The notes under the pieces are model-generated. The model searched no databases, had not been told where the DNA came from, and saw only the letters and a list, made by a program, of their open reading frames with translations. The position numbers and the translations under genes are program-made. This document shows, one piece after another, positions 25,201-40,200 of a DNA stretch of 64,000 bases; position 1 is the stretch's first letter, and the number at the start of each line of letters is the position of its first letter. Origin of the DNA: Ophelia neglecta (taxonomy: Eukaryota); contig OZ260666.1 in NCBI GenBank assembly GCA_965285935.1, forward strand, positions 50,592,001 to 50,656,000, written 5' to 3'.

Positions 25201-28200
25201 ACGAAATTCATTTTCATGTTGTTTAATACCACGATGGTTTTCAGTCTTTATCTGATTTTTGACGATATCTAGTTCGACCACATCTAATTCATTTAATTTG
25301 TCCTTCATGCCTCTATCTACGCAATCATCAAAAATATTGCTGGCCTCAACGTTCTTAGCTAGTGCTGTTTTAACCTTAAAATTATTGCAACATTCATCCA
25401 CTGAATAGCTTGACTTTTTGTTATATTTTATTTTGGTATCTACATTACAAAATACTTCATATCCTAATGCGATATCTGGTGAATTATTCTGTTGGCTTTC
25501 GCCATGTCTGTCGTAGCTAACGATCGGTGGTGGAGGATAAGTTTCATTGTCTTTTTCCGTTGAGCCAACATCCATTTTGTCCTCAATCACATCCCTGAAA
25601 ACAGAGGAACCATAGGAAGATGCAGCGGAACCTTCAAAACTGGATTCAATTTTATCGGTCGTTTTAATGATGTTTGTATCTTGCTGATCTGAGCACTCAC
25701 TGTAAGGTGATTCTGGAAGATCAGCACGGGTTGTATCTCTGCTAAACGACGATCGACTGTCTACCGGGTCTCCAACCAAAATGCCTTCAGCTACTACTGC
25801 CTCGGTGCTTGCCGCCATCCTATCCCTAAGCTGGCCCTCTTCGGCGAAGGCGACATTGTGCTCATTCTGCTGTTGGCCCATACTACTGTTTTGAGCTTCT
25901 GTAATAGTTCGACTGCCGGTGTCAGGCAATAGATCGCGGCTGGCATCATATGCCATGACGTTTTCTTGCTTCTTTTCATGCACGTACTTACAATTATCCC
26001 TTTCTCTTTCATTATGGCCAGTATGGACACTCACCAGATTGTTTGGCAATTGAATGGGTTTAGACTTAAATTCCAATGGCATAAATTGAAATGACTCTAT
26101 ACCACGGTTGTCTTCAGCCTCTCGGGTCACTCCATTGAGCTCCTTGGCACTTTCCAACGAAAGAGTATCCATCTGCCCACCTGTTGTTATCTCTACATAC
26201 ATTACTTCTGCCGTATATTCGATAGTGTTGGAAGGGGATTGGTAGGGTAGAGGGTCTTCAGCTTTAGTTATGTGCGATAATATTTCAGCATCACCAAGGC
26301 GAGTACTAGGTTCAACTTGGGAGTCACTAACAATGACTTCTTTACTCCCCACACGAGATGTTAAAATGGGCTCGAGTACCTCGGGCTCTGTTAACTCCAA
26401 GGTGGAGGCGTCTATCAGTTGGTAGTGACTCGTGCTCTCCATGGTCCTATACCTGGCAGATGGCAGATTGTCTAGATCATAGTTGAAGGTCCACTTATCA
26501 AGCAACTTCCGATGGTCATCTCTGTCTTGCGTTTGTGAAATCACGGGGTCACCTTCTTCGTAATCAGAATCGCTAGAAGAACAGAAAGCGAGACCATCAA
26601 TGTGAAGCAGCTCCGACACCATTTTAACAGCTTCAGATTTAGTGTGTGCTTTAACATCAATTTCAAGCGGCATATTCTCAGCATCTTCACTTACATTTGA
26701 GGCTGCTTTATTTGAGCAAAGTTCCGGCTTGCGTCCGCTCTGCTTACTTTTCAAGGTCAAGTGACATATATCATCCTCCAAGAAATCACTACTTTCAGCA
26801 TCAGATATTTCTGGATCGTCGTCGCCTTCATGATCAATTGCCAGCTCCTCATCGTTGTGGTCATCGACTTCTCTAGCGATCACGTTGGAACCATGAAGGT
26901 CACTTTGTGATCTGTGAGAGTCCCAGAAAAGAGTTGTGTCTGCAAAAGGTTCAGCATGCAAAGACGTCAAGGAACGGACTCTTCTCTTTCTCCGCCCGCG
27001 TGAATGAAATCCCAGACGAGGGTAGGAGTAATTTCTGGGCAGTGTTTTCTCCATTACGAAATCTGGTGATGGCAAAGAGCGCCTTGATCCATTCGAGGAA
27101 TCAAGAGAGGGTTTGCGGTGTCGTGAAAAAGACAGAGGATCATCCGAGTCGACTAGCTCAGGCGTGCTGCCTCTCCCTCGATATATGTGAGAGTGGCCCA
27201 TCATGGACCATTTTACGGCCCCAAAACGGTCGGCTACTGTTATATCATTTGCGCACTCATACTCAGTGCGGCTGTTGTTGAAGGCTTCAAGGTCATCCAA
27301 TTCTCTCTGCAGCCGCTCTATGCGGCTAATATGTCCTTCAATGTCACAAGCGTTCAGATCTGGCAATGACAGGCGTTTCCGCGGTGATGCTTTCTGGAGG
27401 GGCAGTTCTGTATCAGGTACCTCCTGCACTCCTGGATCAGGTACGCGCTGCTCCTCGTCGTGGGGCAGCTTTCGCTTCCCGAAAGGGCCACATTTGATCA
27501 GGAATATTAAGTAAACTACGGAGATCATGGCGATTACTGCATATACATCTAAAGTCATCGATACCGTTAGCATATTGGTGTCAAACATGCTGATGTTATG
27601 ATTCCGAAAGTGTTGATGCCTGCTCTATCCTTATGAAGAGAAGAAATCCGTTTGTTGGCATCGGACACCTGTGGGGCACTATGTCTGCGCGCCCACGCAC
27701 ACACCATCATTCACACCAAGGGCTGAAAAAAAGTTGACTACGTGGATCTGTCTGACGATGGCTGGTCATGCAACCGTAGTCTCGTTCTGAACAACACAAC
27801 CTGCTACAGCTAAGCAGTTTTATAATTGAAAAACCAATAAAATTCAATATTGAACAATTGGGTAGCAGACTGTGAAGTATACGATGGCCTGAAACAACAG
27901 CTGGTGACTAGGAAACCAAGCATACCCTACAGTTTACATATGGGCTGTAGAATATAATGTGAGAACACAGCCATTTAATGCATTGGTGAAATACTTTTTG
28001 TTAGTACAACAAATGGCTACATCAATTGTTTGCCTTCTTCTGTATAAATGCGATGGTCCATTATTCAGATTAACCAGTACACAATTGCCTTAAAGGCCCG
28101 ATCTACCAACAGTTGTAAATCCATTATACGCTAGGTATCTTCAGATATCTCTATCGAATAGACTGCAGCAGATTTTCTAGATATAATCAATATTTACTGC

Positions 28201-31200
28201 AGCCAAAGTATTCAATTGTCTGATTGGTTAAACTGACACAATGCTGCCTGAGTGCAGGGAACATATGGCGGACTGTATGGAAGTATGTCGAGTGGCAACG
28301 GGATAACAGAGCATATGAGAGGCACAAAATAACTCATTACATACAATATAACGTACAGTTCATCCATCAACATCAAGACAGAGCAATAATCCGTTTCCTT
28401 ATTTAGGCTATTGTTTTTTAATCATCCAATAGGAGGTCGGGAAAGAGAGGGAGGGACATAGCAGTCGTTTATAGGTATTACGAGAATATCATCTACCTGG
28501 GCATTATTAATTGAAAAGATTAATTTCATTCAAATAGATACAGTTGGCAAAGTTGGCGATAGCTAGGAAAGGTGAAAGGAGTATGAAAAAGGCTTTAGCA
28601 GTAGTATCATCTAAAATATTACAAACCTAAATGATGCTATAATGTTAGAGTGAAGTATACTGCTCATCATTATCTACACAAAGTAGTGAAAAATAAATTG
28701 AAATTACCTTAGCGTTGTCCTGTTGTTTTTTCACTTGTTCGGTGTTGCCATCTGCCGGCACATCCAAAGACTCGATTTCAGCCTCGATCTCCCCGAGCCA
28801 GGACTGGAGGTCGCCGTGGGTCTCACTAAAGTGCGAGGCCAGCGGAAGTGCCTCCTCCAGCAGCTCAAGCCGCTCGAGACTCAGCTTACAAACCAGGTCG
28901 GCCTGGTTTCTGATAGTGTCCAGTTTGTTCTTGATGTCGTCTGCCTCCTCGTTTGTCGTCTCTCTCAGCATCTTGTTACATTTGTCGATGGTGTCGTTGA
29001 CGGCTCGTTTCTTGGCTTCCAGGTCCTCATGGAAGGACTTGTGGTCTCGGAGCTGTACCGCCAAGGTCTCCGGGTCGGTGGAGATGGGCTCTGCCGTATT
29101 AATATCATTCTCAGCCTTGTCTAGGTACTTTAACAAATCATCTATCTCGCGCAGAGCCTGCAAGCAAAATATGATTAGGCGATTTATGATAGAGAACACA
29201 ACGTAATTAAAAAAAAACCCTTAATAATATTGTTACTCGCATACGTCAATTCAAAATACGCACATGTTAAAATTAATGTAATTGTCCCCATGACATATTT
29301 TATCTAGAATGTTTGCTGATCACGAGCACTTACAGCGAAGGAGATCATCTGTACGAGGAGCTCCGTGAGGTCATGCCATTTGGCCTGCACGTCAGCCAGC
29401 GTCTCCCGAAGGCGGTTCTTGTCTCCCGTGCTAGGATCGTCTATCAGCTCCTTGCCAATCTTTTTAATTGTCTTCAGATCTATTTCCTTTGCCTTTTTCT
29501 GTCTGTAAAGATTTCTCGATTATTTCAAATGCAAAATGAGGTTTACAAATTTGCAATTAGAATGACATTTTGGTTAGATGGCATATTGCATTTTACAAGG
29601 TCCTGTTTCTGGTAATCGCAGTTCGTCTCAAAATTACGGTATTTGCTGAATACATAGATAAATTCTTGGAGCATAGCAAATGTATTCGTTTAATAAAAGT
29701 TATGGCTTAAATCAATTGAGCGACGCAGCTATTTCCTACGTCTGTCTAATACCAGAAGCTGCTACTCACTTGTACAGATTTTCTATTTTCTGCTTGAGGC
29801 TGGAATGGTCAAAGTCGGTGCTCTCCCGCTTGAGGCTACTGACGGCGTTGGTGAGCCACGACTCCAGCTGTTGGACGTTGCCATGAAGGGTTCCCAGCTT
29901 CCCGACAACCTCATCAAGCTCCTGTCCTCGGTCCTGGCTGCGGGTTATCAATAGGTCGTACCTAGAGGGAGTAAGTGACATGCTGGATAAAACTTAAACA
30001 TTTCACTGGGCGCTTAATTACATAAATGGAAGAATTTGAATCGCGGTGGCTTAGTAATAATTGCTAATTACCTAGCATTATATATAAATTGAGTTTGAGA
30101 GAAGCTGTAGACTACATAGCATTATATTAACCATCGGGTACTGACCTGTCGAGCAGCTCTCCGGCCCTGTCGTCTGCGCCATGAGTCTGACTCTGTTCCA
30201 CCACCGAGTCGATCTGGTTCCGCTGATGCTCGATATCACCTGTAATCACGCGGTGCGCTTGGATCTGTTCATTGAGTTTAGATCGGTCCAAACTCACCGG
30301 GTCCATATTCTCAAACATACCCTCGGTCTCTGACACCCACGCCAGTAGATTGTTCAGGTTATAGTTCACATCTTTTGATTGGAGGACTGCTGCGTTCAGT
30401 TTGTGCTGTTTATCTACTACACCTTCCTGTATCCTGTCGAAATGACCCTGGGCAGTGTCAATGGTATTTTGAATCTCCTGAGCTTTCGGTGAATCCCGGC
30501 AATCCAGTTCTTCCAGAATCTGCACAAGTTCGTGGCCAACATTTTGCAGGTCTTCCACACATTTTCCCTGCACAATGGCCTCGCCAGTGATGCTTTTAAG
30601 TTCCTCTAGCTGCTTCTTAGGGTCGAGACCCGGAGCCAACTCCGCACTACACGAGTTGATTCTCTCCTCGAGAGATGGCAGTGTCTGCTCCAGCTGCCCC
30701 TTCAGCTGGTTGTACTGTTTGTTTTTGGAGGCGGTGTCCGTTAGTTTCGCCATAAGATCCTCGCAGTCAGACAGTACCGCCTTGAACTTGTCGTTGGCAG
30801 CCTCGAGCTCCTTCTCCACAACGTCTTCCGGATCCTGCAACTTAGCGCCACCTACTTCCTTTGGCAAATGTCGGCGGTATGCGTCCGATTCTTTGGCATA
30901 TTCCTTGAAAATTGAAAGAGTGTTGATGTATTCTTCAGCGAAAATGAGTTAGAAAAGTGAACAGCTCATTCAAAATACAAGATAACGTCTCACTCAAACA
31001 AAGCACAAAAGGATATACAATAGAAGGTTATCAGCATCATTTCAGTATCTTTATTTTAAAATGAACATCGACTGTTTTACTACAACTTATCCCCTTAGCT
31101 AAATTGACTATGGAATAAGATACTAAGCTTGCGATTTCCCCTGTGATAGGGGCATGGGTGGCCCACATATCACATCTATTTCTGGTCTGTCGGCTATCAA

Positions 31201-34200
31201 CACCGCTTAGTTTGTTTGTCTAGTCAATAAATAGTAACAATCTTATGAGCGGGGGAATGAAAATAATTCTTTTTCTGTCTGATATTTTGAAGTTCGAACA
31301 AGACCAAGCGTGATCTATTGTAGCTAGATAATGATCCAATCTCTTTTCGATTGAGAAAACAAACTTGTTCGTCGCTTAATGATTTACTACTTATCGGTCA
31401 TTATATCTTAGCCTAACAGCAACATTGATAGGGATATTGGTACAATAATATCCCGGTAAGTCTCTGTTCACACATGTGTATGATATGATCGCCTCTTGTC
31501 ATCACAGGTGGCATCAGGCTAAGGCCAAGTAAAAACAACACACAATAAAAACAAAACAAAGGCAATATCAGCAAGACATGGCCAATGGAGGAGCGTCTCC
31601 ATCTATTCTATAATTATTTCGCCACTGACTGACTATATGTTTACGTACACGTGTCTGTATCTTAATGAACGGACACCAATTAGAATGCAGGGCATCTGAT
31701 TGATGTGTCTATTACTGGTTTAGAAGCCAATAACAGTTTCCGAGTAAAACAAACGATGTTTGCCAACTTACGTGTTATTACGCTGGCACTGTTTTCAAAG
31801 ATGTTATATACAGACATAGGTATACCTGCGTAATCCGGAAGCTAAGAGTTAATAGCAGTCATGTGTGGAACCCCACGTTGCACCGTTAGCCGGGCGGTGT
31901 AATTGACATAAAAATTACAGGAAATATAGATGAAATCTTTGTGAACATCGCACCACGGCCAATATTAGTTTTTTGAAATTGAATTGAAATTAATTCAATT
32001 TTCTAGGGAAGAGTCCTTATGGGTAAGGTAAGAAAATTGAAAAAAAAATTGTTACGGTATGCGGAATCATGTCTTCTATTTGACCCATGGTTTTCTTTTT
32101 TCCAGCTATTTCCAATACTTTGCCCGATGCGCCATATTAACACTGGGGTCCCCATGCACTTTAAATTGGGGTGCTGTAGAGCTCGGTGTTATCGCTCATA
32201 ATAATGCAGTCATGCTTATTAACTGTTTATCCTCATGATCACGATTCGATCGGTTAGGCTTAATGCTGGGTACAGGGTTCTTGTTCGAGTCATAGTTATC
32301 AAAGTAAAGCTGCCACCTGTCTACACACTGATTGGTTAATAATTCAACTCAGCATTACTATAGAGGAACAACGGTACCAATTGACAAGTTTAGGCCTGTT
32401 TTATTTATTTTAAACAGGTGACACGCACACAGCAATTGCTTTTTGAAAGTTGTCAACTATATGTCAAAGTGACGACCTAAGCTTTTTGACAACAGAAAAC
32501 TTGTTATAAACACACAAAATAGGGCAGCAGCCACTCACATTTAGGTGTCCATAATTATGTCAATGTTTTGACAAGTTATTCAAGGGGAATGCTTCTTTTT
32601 TATGTGGTGTTGGATATTGTACAACAAGTAGTGCCACCAAACGTTTGTTTTCATCTAATTCCAATACTGAAGAACAAATATATCGTGTCGAGGGCTGTTC
32701 TCGACATGGACCTCAAATACCACTCAATGTCGGATTTAGTCACATGCGCGAAGAAGAATTAGAACACCTTAAAGGACTTTAATTTTATCAATCACACCAA
32801 ACCCTTTGGTGTTTCTGTATATTTTAGCGGCGATACAATGGCTGTTTATACTTTCGGTAAATGACTATAGGCGTTTAAACAAGAATTGCCAAACTGCCAC
32901 TTGGAAGGTTTAATAATTACTAGTCCCTGGCAGTTTATCATTTTGCACTATGTATTTTGTACAAAAAATAGATTTTTAGCATAATCAAAATACGATAAGG
33001 CTCATTTCGAGTTGTTTTTGTAAATCATCAAGCAATTGACCAGTATTAACCTTGCTTTGCGTTTTTGAATAAGAACCAGAAACTTGGTATTTTTGTAAGT
33101 GTGGTGATGAAAGACAGAGAGAGAGCTCGACGTGAGATGCGATACCACGACACCGCAACAGATGCTTCACGCGGGAAACCCTATCACTCGGAATTTGTTT
33201 TTAATCCTTGCCCGATAAAAAAGGCCACCTTATGTTGGAAACTGGGTAATATATATGACATAAACTAGTGCAATAATAACAGATATGGTGTGTTTTTGCT
33301 TCGGCGTGTAGAAACATGCTACCTCAATCATGTAGCAAGGATAACGAAGATCGAACCAAAGTTATAAAAAGTCGACAAAAATACTCAAAATACTAACAGT
33401 ATCAAGTGAGCAATCGATGTATGCACTAAGCGGTCGTCTGCACAAAGTCTGACACTGAGCGGTTGTTTACTAGGTCCAGAGAGGCCGGTTTCAGTATGGT
33501 TCATTTTATTACTAATCTTCCACAATAGAACGCGTGGTATCATCAAGGATGGCTCCAGATGACTCAGATCCTCTCTCATAGTTGCTGATAACCTAGCTCC
33601 CATATAACTAACTAGTCAGCCAGTTTTTATACGGGACACGTTTAATTTAGTAGGTTAATACTGGTCTGTCAGCGTGGCAGGACTATCTATTATAATAACC
33701 CGTCTCATCGGCTTTCAATAAACCACACACCATCCTAGACCTTCCTTTGTAATTGAAAATACCATTCGCTGTATTAGATTTTGGTGGACGAGTCTAACAC
33801 GTTGGAATTATTAAATGTAAATGCCAGGTGCCCATATATATAGTAGTTTGGCATTTCCAACACAATGAATGAACGGTTTTCAGAAGAGGAGAAATTTGCA
33901 CTTTGTCAATATTGACGAGTGTGTGTATTAAGAAGTGCTTTATAATAATGTAGGCCTAGTACTAAGAATTGAAATAAATCGGAATAAAACAGCATAGAAG
34001 TGTATGGCGGCCTGCTTGGCTGTAGGGCCTCTTGATAGTTCTAGCCAGACTATTATTTACCCTACTCCAGCCCATCGACAGTGAGCTCAGGCTCCACAGA
34101 GAGCCGATTTCATGGCTAAGGAAATACGCTATCACATTCTGTATATGAAAATATAACTGCCCTTCGGTAAGGCCGATGTCATGTGATATTTAGTACTGTA

Positions 34201-37200
34201 TCCTACTTGTCATTTATAATATCCCAGACGCTTACATACAAGTCCCATACTATATTTTATAGAGCCGGCTTTGTATAAGTCGAGAGAATGAACACAATTT
34301 CAAAGTTACAGAGCGGGCACTACATACCGTGATTACTACAAGCACCCAAAGATAAGGCACAAGATATATATAACATGTATTAGTTAGCAACCGTAGAGCA
34401 CATGGGGCTATAGGCCGACTCATCACTTGGATCAACACCGGCCTAGTCAGTTTCACGTTTTAAGAACCAGTAACAAAGAACTGTGATAAATGTGGTAAAT
34501 AAATATATAAATAATCTGCCATACCTTAGCATGTTGCTGCACCTTTCGGCCAGATTTGGTTAATCCATTCAAACTGTCCTCCTTGGTCAGAACCACATCG
34601 TTGAAAGCCTGAAGTCAAATCAAAAGTAGACTTAACTGATCAGGAACTGTTGACTAAGCTTTGACCTGACATAGTTGGGTGTAGTATGTCACCGCGCGAT
34701 AAGCCGATGGCGCTGTGCTAATATACTACAGGGTACGGAGTGTGGAGACTGGTTAAGCCAGATAGCAGCTAACAATGCCTAGTGCTGACCCCTGGGGAAT
34801 GCGGCATGATAAAAATAACCACAATCAGGTAAAAAGTATCCTGATGACGTACTAGACAAATTATTACAAATCTTATATTTCTGAAGTGTTATCGCATTGT
34901 TCATAAAATATAGATATCCAACAATACAGATATACAACAATAGGCAGAAGAATACCCATTATTTATAATCAAGGGGCCTACACCGAGATCGAGAGGACCA
35001 GGCATTTTCGCTAGATCTTCTAATTTTTGTGCCCTGAGTTCTTATTCAGCATACATAACAGGGAATAATTTGATGCAATTCGATCTAGATTTTTTATTTC
35101 TTAAGCTAATTTAAATGCAGCCATGCGGAATCTTAATTAGTAATACTGATAAGATATCAATCATTCAAGTACTTAAATGGGCCCGGGCATTAGTCGTTTG
35201 ACAAGTTTTTTTTCACTTATTCAACTAAATTCCGGTAAAAACTTGCAACGCGATCCTAGCAGCCCTACAAATTTAAGTTGTACGTTGAATTGTTGGCCTC
35301 TTATAATGATTGATAAGTATCCTTCAGTCCTAAAGAGGAACTTTAGTACTCAACTCCATCATTGCCGATCTTTATTTTAAAAAACGACAACCTGCCTATC
35401 AAGCAATTGATGAATAATAGTAACCTTTGAATAATTAATCATGTCAAACGCTCCTGACTGCAATTTATTACACCATAACTAACTCTCACAAATATAACAG
35501 GTTCATCATTTCTCACCTTGAAGTTATTCTTCATTTTGTCCGGGTCGTTTGAATCTGCCACCGAGTTCTTAATGTCCGCTATTTCCTGGGTGGCTTCTCC
35601 GACCCAGGAGTCGAACACGTCGACGTTCTCGTGAAAGCGATCGAGATCTCCCAGCATCTCGTCCAGACGAGTTAGGCGAGAATCGAGCTGATTATTAACC
35701 TGTCGAATAGAAAAAAGAGGTAAGTATACAATAAATACATCATGTAAATGGTTTATTATCTAAGGGATAGATCGGATAGTCGAAAGGAAGTAATAGAAAC
35801 AAAAATAATCTAAGTTAAACCTGTAACAACATTGTTAATCAGGAACTAACAGTTACCTGCTGGACAATGTCTGTTAAAAGGGAAGCATGTATTCTATGTT
35901 TTTTTCTTTCTCGATTTACATGTTAGTCGGTTAAGTATGTACCTACCCAAACATAGTCAACAAACAAACAGAAAGTTCTCTGGACTCTTTTGATACTCTA
36001 TAATGATCAGTATTACAGGATTAGTGTCCAGCACCATTTCAAGTTGCACAAAATGCAAAACCAAAATCATAACTTGTATCATTATTTCGTATAAAAATGG
36101 GAATTCAATGCATCATGCAATGTGTATTAAGACACCTTCAAGTTTACTGGTTTCCTTTTAACCTATATGGAAATCGGTTTCATATTTCAAAACTTTTTGG
36201 GGACAACACCAAACCTAGAGCCCAAGGCTGCTAAAGCTACATCATTCTTTATTTTTATTAGGCATTCCCTACTGTATAAACCATTCCTCACCTTCCAAAT
36301 ATTATAAAACTCATAATGTAAATATTAGTGTTAAATGTATCTATAGTGAAATTGCAACCGCAAATTATATTGATGTTAATGTGTTCAACTATTAGACAAA
36401 GGAATTAAGTATCCAACTTTAATTCTAAGCTAAGTTTGTAAAGTTATATCACAAAGGCCTACATGCCTGTTAGTTTAACAAACATTAGTTACATTTGTAA
36501 ACTATTACTGGATGCAAAAAATATCAATGACTTCCTGATACACACAAGGTGCATCAACAATTTCAATGGAATATTCCATAAAGTTGGCAGTGAAATTTTT
36601 TGATAAACGAAGCAAGTATACATACCGCCTCGAATCTGACTTTGAGGTCGGAGGTGTTAAATCTGAGACGCTGGTACTGTTGAGAAGTGCCCGGATGTTT
36701 GGCAGCCTCCTTGTTGTTCTCAAGGAGCTCCTGAGCCTGGTCGACGAGGATCTGCAGCGACCCCTGGCGTTTATCTACCTCCTTCTTCAGATTCTATGAC
36801 ATAAAAGTGGGAAAAATGATAATATTACTAAATTAGAGTCAATCTATAATATAAAAAAAACAGTAAGTCGAACAAAGATCTGATAAAAACGCAAGGATAT
36901 GTATGAAAACTCTATTGAAAAGAGTGAGGGAACAAGAAAAAAATGAACTTTTTACTGTCTCCGTCATAGTATCTAATGATATTTGATTCAGAAGTACTCT
37001 CTTAATGTCATAATGATAATGATGATGGTGATGATGATGACCCTGATCATGTTTTAATGGGGTGCTTACCTTGTGTCCAACTTCCATGCGTTCCAGAGTC
37101 TCTGTATCTTGTGGGACGCGGCTGCTAGTTGCCAGGGCCTTCTCTATGTTAGTAACCCAGTCCAGGTTCTTCTTGGTGTTCATCAGAGAACGGACTATGT

Positions 37201-40200
37201 CCTCATCGTCCACGCAACATACATGGCCAGTCTTGGGATCCACCTTGACTACGGATTCTGGGGTGATGTAGCCGTTTGTAATTGCCTCTTTCAGCGGGAT
37301 CGTGTGACCGTCCGGGGTTACAAAGCTGCTGGTTTGGGCACTGATCTTACCATTGGCCAGGAGGTTTTTCAGCGGGGCGCGTTCCTCGATCAGTTCCTCT
37401 GGGTTAAGCCGGGGATTGATGATGCCCTTTCTGGTAGCATTTGCAATGCTTACCTCCAGGTTGGTGAGAGGATCTCTAAATTTGCCGGTAGAAGGATTGA
37501 ATTTACCCTCCTTGATAAGGGTGTCCAGCGATACCGGTTTGTTGGTGGCTGGGTCTACCACAAATACTACGGCAGGGTCTAGGAGGCCAGCATCAATCGC
37601 CTCTTTGACGGACATTTTACGTTTGGTCTCGGGATGGATGTATTTACCCGTGTTAGGATCAATAAGTCCCCGTTCCAAGAGATCCTGTAGGGAACCATTG
37701 CTGAGAGCAGCTAGCACAGTCTTGGCAGTGAGCGGCTCGATTAGACCTAGGCTGGAGGCCTCTGTAATAGGGAGACTTTGAGTAGTGGCAAGATTCACAT
37801 AATTTACATTGGGGATATCTAGTATACCGTCTAGCACGGCTTCCTCTACGGACACATCGTCCGCTGTTTCGGTGTTCTTCACTCCCTTCATACCGGTGTC
37901 CATGTTCTCCTTCAAAAACTTCAAAGCGGACAGCCGATTGGCAAGATTATCAGCTTGCACGTTGGGGTTTACAATCTTTCTATCGATGGCTTCAGCTAGA
38001 CCCATGTCGAGCCCAGTCTTGGGATCAGTGATCTTTCCGGTTTCTGGATCCCATTTATTGTTTTCAATGGCGGTACTAAGGGAAGACACTGTTCTACAAG
38101 GTACGTCATAGAAGAACACTTTATTTGGGTCAAGTCTATGCTGATTTATAGCATCAGCAAGGCACATGGATTTATTAGTTTTGGGGTCTACATATTTCCC
38201 TGTCTTCGGATTGATTTCACCCTTCTCAATGTATTTTGCCAGAGCGTAGGGTTCCATTGCACCAAGTAATTCTCTCAGAGTTTGTGGGTCGACTAGACCT
38301 AATTGAAGCGCATCCTGCAATGAATACCTGTCCCCATTGCTGTTTTCAATGCAGAGAGGATCCAGATGTAGGATGCCTTTCTCTATTGCCTCATCGATAG
38401 TCATGACTTCGCCCGTTGACCCGTCCTTAATTCCTCGTCTGTTTCCATCCAATCCGTCCCTGATGGACTCATAGATCGTGATATTAAGTGGTTTCTCTTG
38501 GTAACCATTTTCCACTGTGAGCAATTCCTCGAGATTTTGATTACCTAACACTTTGAGTATTCTGGCATTCATCAGACTAGGATTGTTTTTATCCCTCGTT
38601 GGATCGGCCAGCCGAGCCTTTAGGTATCCTCGTTTCAAAGCATCTTTGAGCGTGATTTCCTCTCCTGTCTTGGGATCTTTATATACCCCCTTTTCTATAT
38701 CAATCACGCCCCTTTGAACAGCCTCCTGTAGAGACATAAAGCGGCCATTTTGAGGATCACGAACCCCTAAAATGACAAGATCTTTATCGGCTAGTTTGGA
38801 CGCTGGTCCTCGAGGTCCATCTACGCGGTCTTTGGAATCGTCAACTATCTCTACTTCCAGCAACCCTTTATCAATAGCATCAGTGATTGACATTGAAACT
38901 CCTGCAACAAAAAAAGTACCGTAGAACTTCAAGTATCGTAATAGACAGACAGAAGATACAGCTAAAACGTTTTCTGATTCGTCTTAGCTATAAGAAACGA
39001 GAAATCTTCTTACCTGTAATGGGGTTGACATATGTGCCTTTTGCCTGGTCAATAATGCCCTTTTCTATTGCTTCAGCCACAGTGATTCGTCTCCCTATCA
39101 CAAATAAGTTCGTAATAGGAATATTAATAGAATTGATAAAACGCATATCAGTTGCAATATTATAAGGCCAGCAATAACCTTATCCGCAACATTATTATTT
39201 TGAAGAAGTCACAATTTAACCCTGCTTGGATTTCACCCAATTCCACTTTATTTGTTCATATTCTGTACAGTAAACATCCCAAAGTGAGATGGGATGTTCT
39301 CCGAACATAGTAATCCTTCATCCATAAAAGTGTGGGGATGGTGCATAAGGTATAGAGAGTCAGAGAGCAAAAGTCTAGCATCAATACTAATCACTGGACA
39401 CCATTTAAAACTAACTAATCCAAGTCAAAATTCAAAAATCGAAACTGCTGAATGCTCCCTCAATCAGAAAACAAACTCGTCGAAAGTTAAACTCCTCTCC
39501 CAAGCCGAAGAGTAGATGAGTTTGGCTTCAACATTCTTGTTTATGACCTACCAATTTATTTCATGATCAATGATGCAAATACAAGAAAATGAGATATAAA
39601 TATATGGATGTAAAGACGAATGTGATCACATTATAAACACAGTTCATTCACATCATGGTAATATAGTGAGTGTTCAGAAAGAAGCCGCTATGAAGGACGC
39701 AGTATTATTATCAACTCACCGGTGACGGGGTCAAGGACGTTCTGAACGCTGTATGAAACTGTTTCCATGGTAGTAGTGGTGGTTATGATGCCCTTCTTTA
39801 TGAGCTCCCCCATCTCGACCTTCTTGTTGGTGTACTCGACCAGAATCAGTCCACGGTTCATGGCTTCCGGAATGGGCATGCTCTCTCCGGTTTGCGGGTT
39901 CCGGTACAAACCCTGTGTTTGACTGATGATTCCTTCAGCGATGGCCTGAAATGTGGGAATTTGAATCTCTAAAACATGTATGAAGAATTTTTAAAGGGTC
40001 TGATCATGTAAATACTATTGATCATCGAGTGCCTTTATTTTTTCCGAACGGAATTGAAAAAACTTTTGCTAATCTAGTGTGCTTAATTATTTGCAATAGT
40101 ATCAAACCGACCATGTAGATACTAATCTCCTCATCAGATCGCGGGTCGATCACGCCTCGAATCACGAACGTCTGCGTCTCCTTGATGGTCTGCGAAGTTT

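Noticed and set aside
33385-33603. ORF starting MGARLS (N-myristoylation consensus) as an alternative first exon
   Set aside because: Weak start context (T at -3) and no convincing phase-0 donor to join the exon at 30903.
36839-37069. His-rich extension ([10 protein letters not shown]) of the 697-aa ORF
   Set aside because: It lies past the strong AAG|gtaagc donor and is an intronic trinucleotide microsatellite.
17819-37781. Plus-strand ORFs of 100-170 aa (e.g. 17819, 28715, 30575, 37073, 37353)
   Set aside because: Antisense shadows of spectraplakin exons, with no independent splice or domain evidence.
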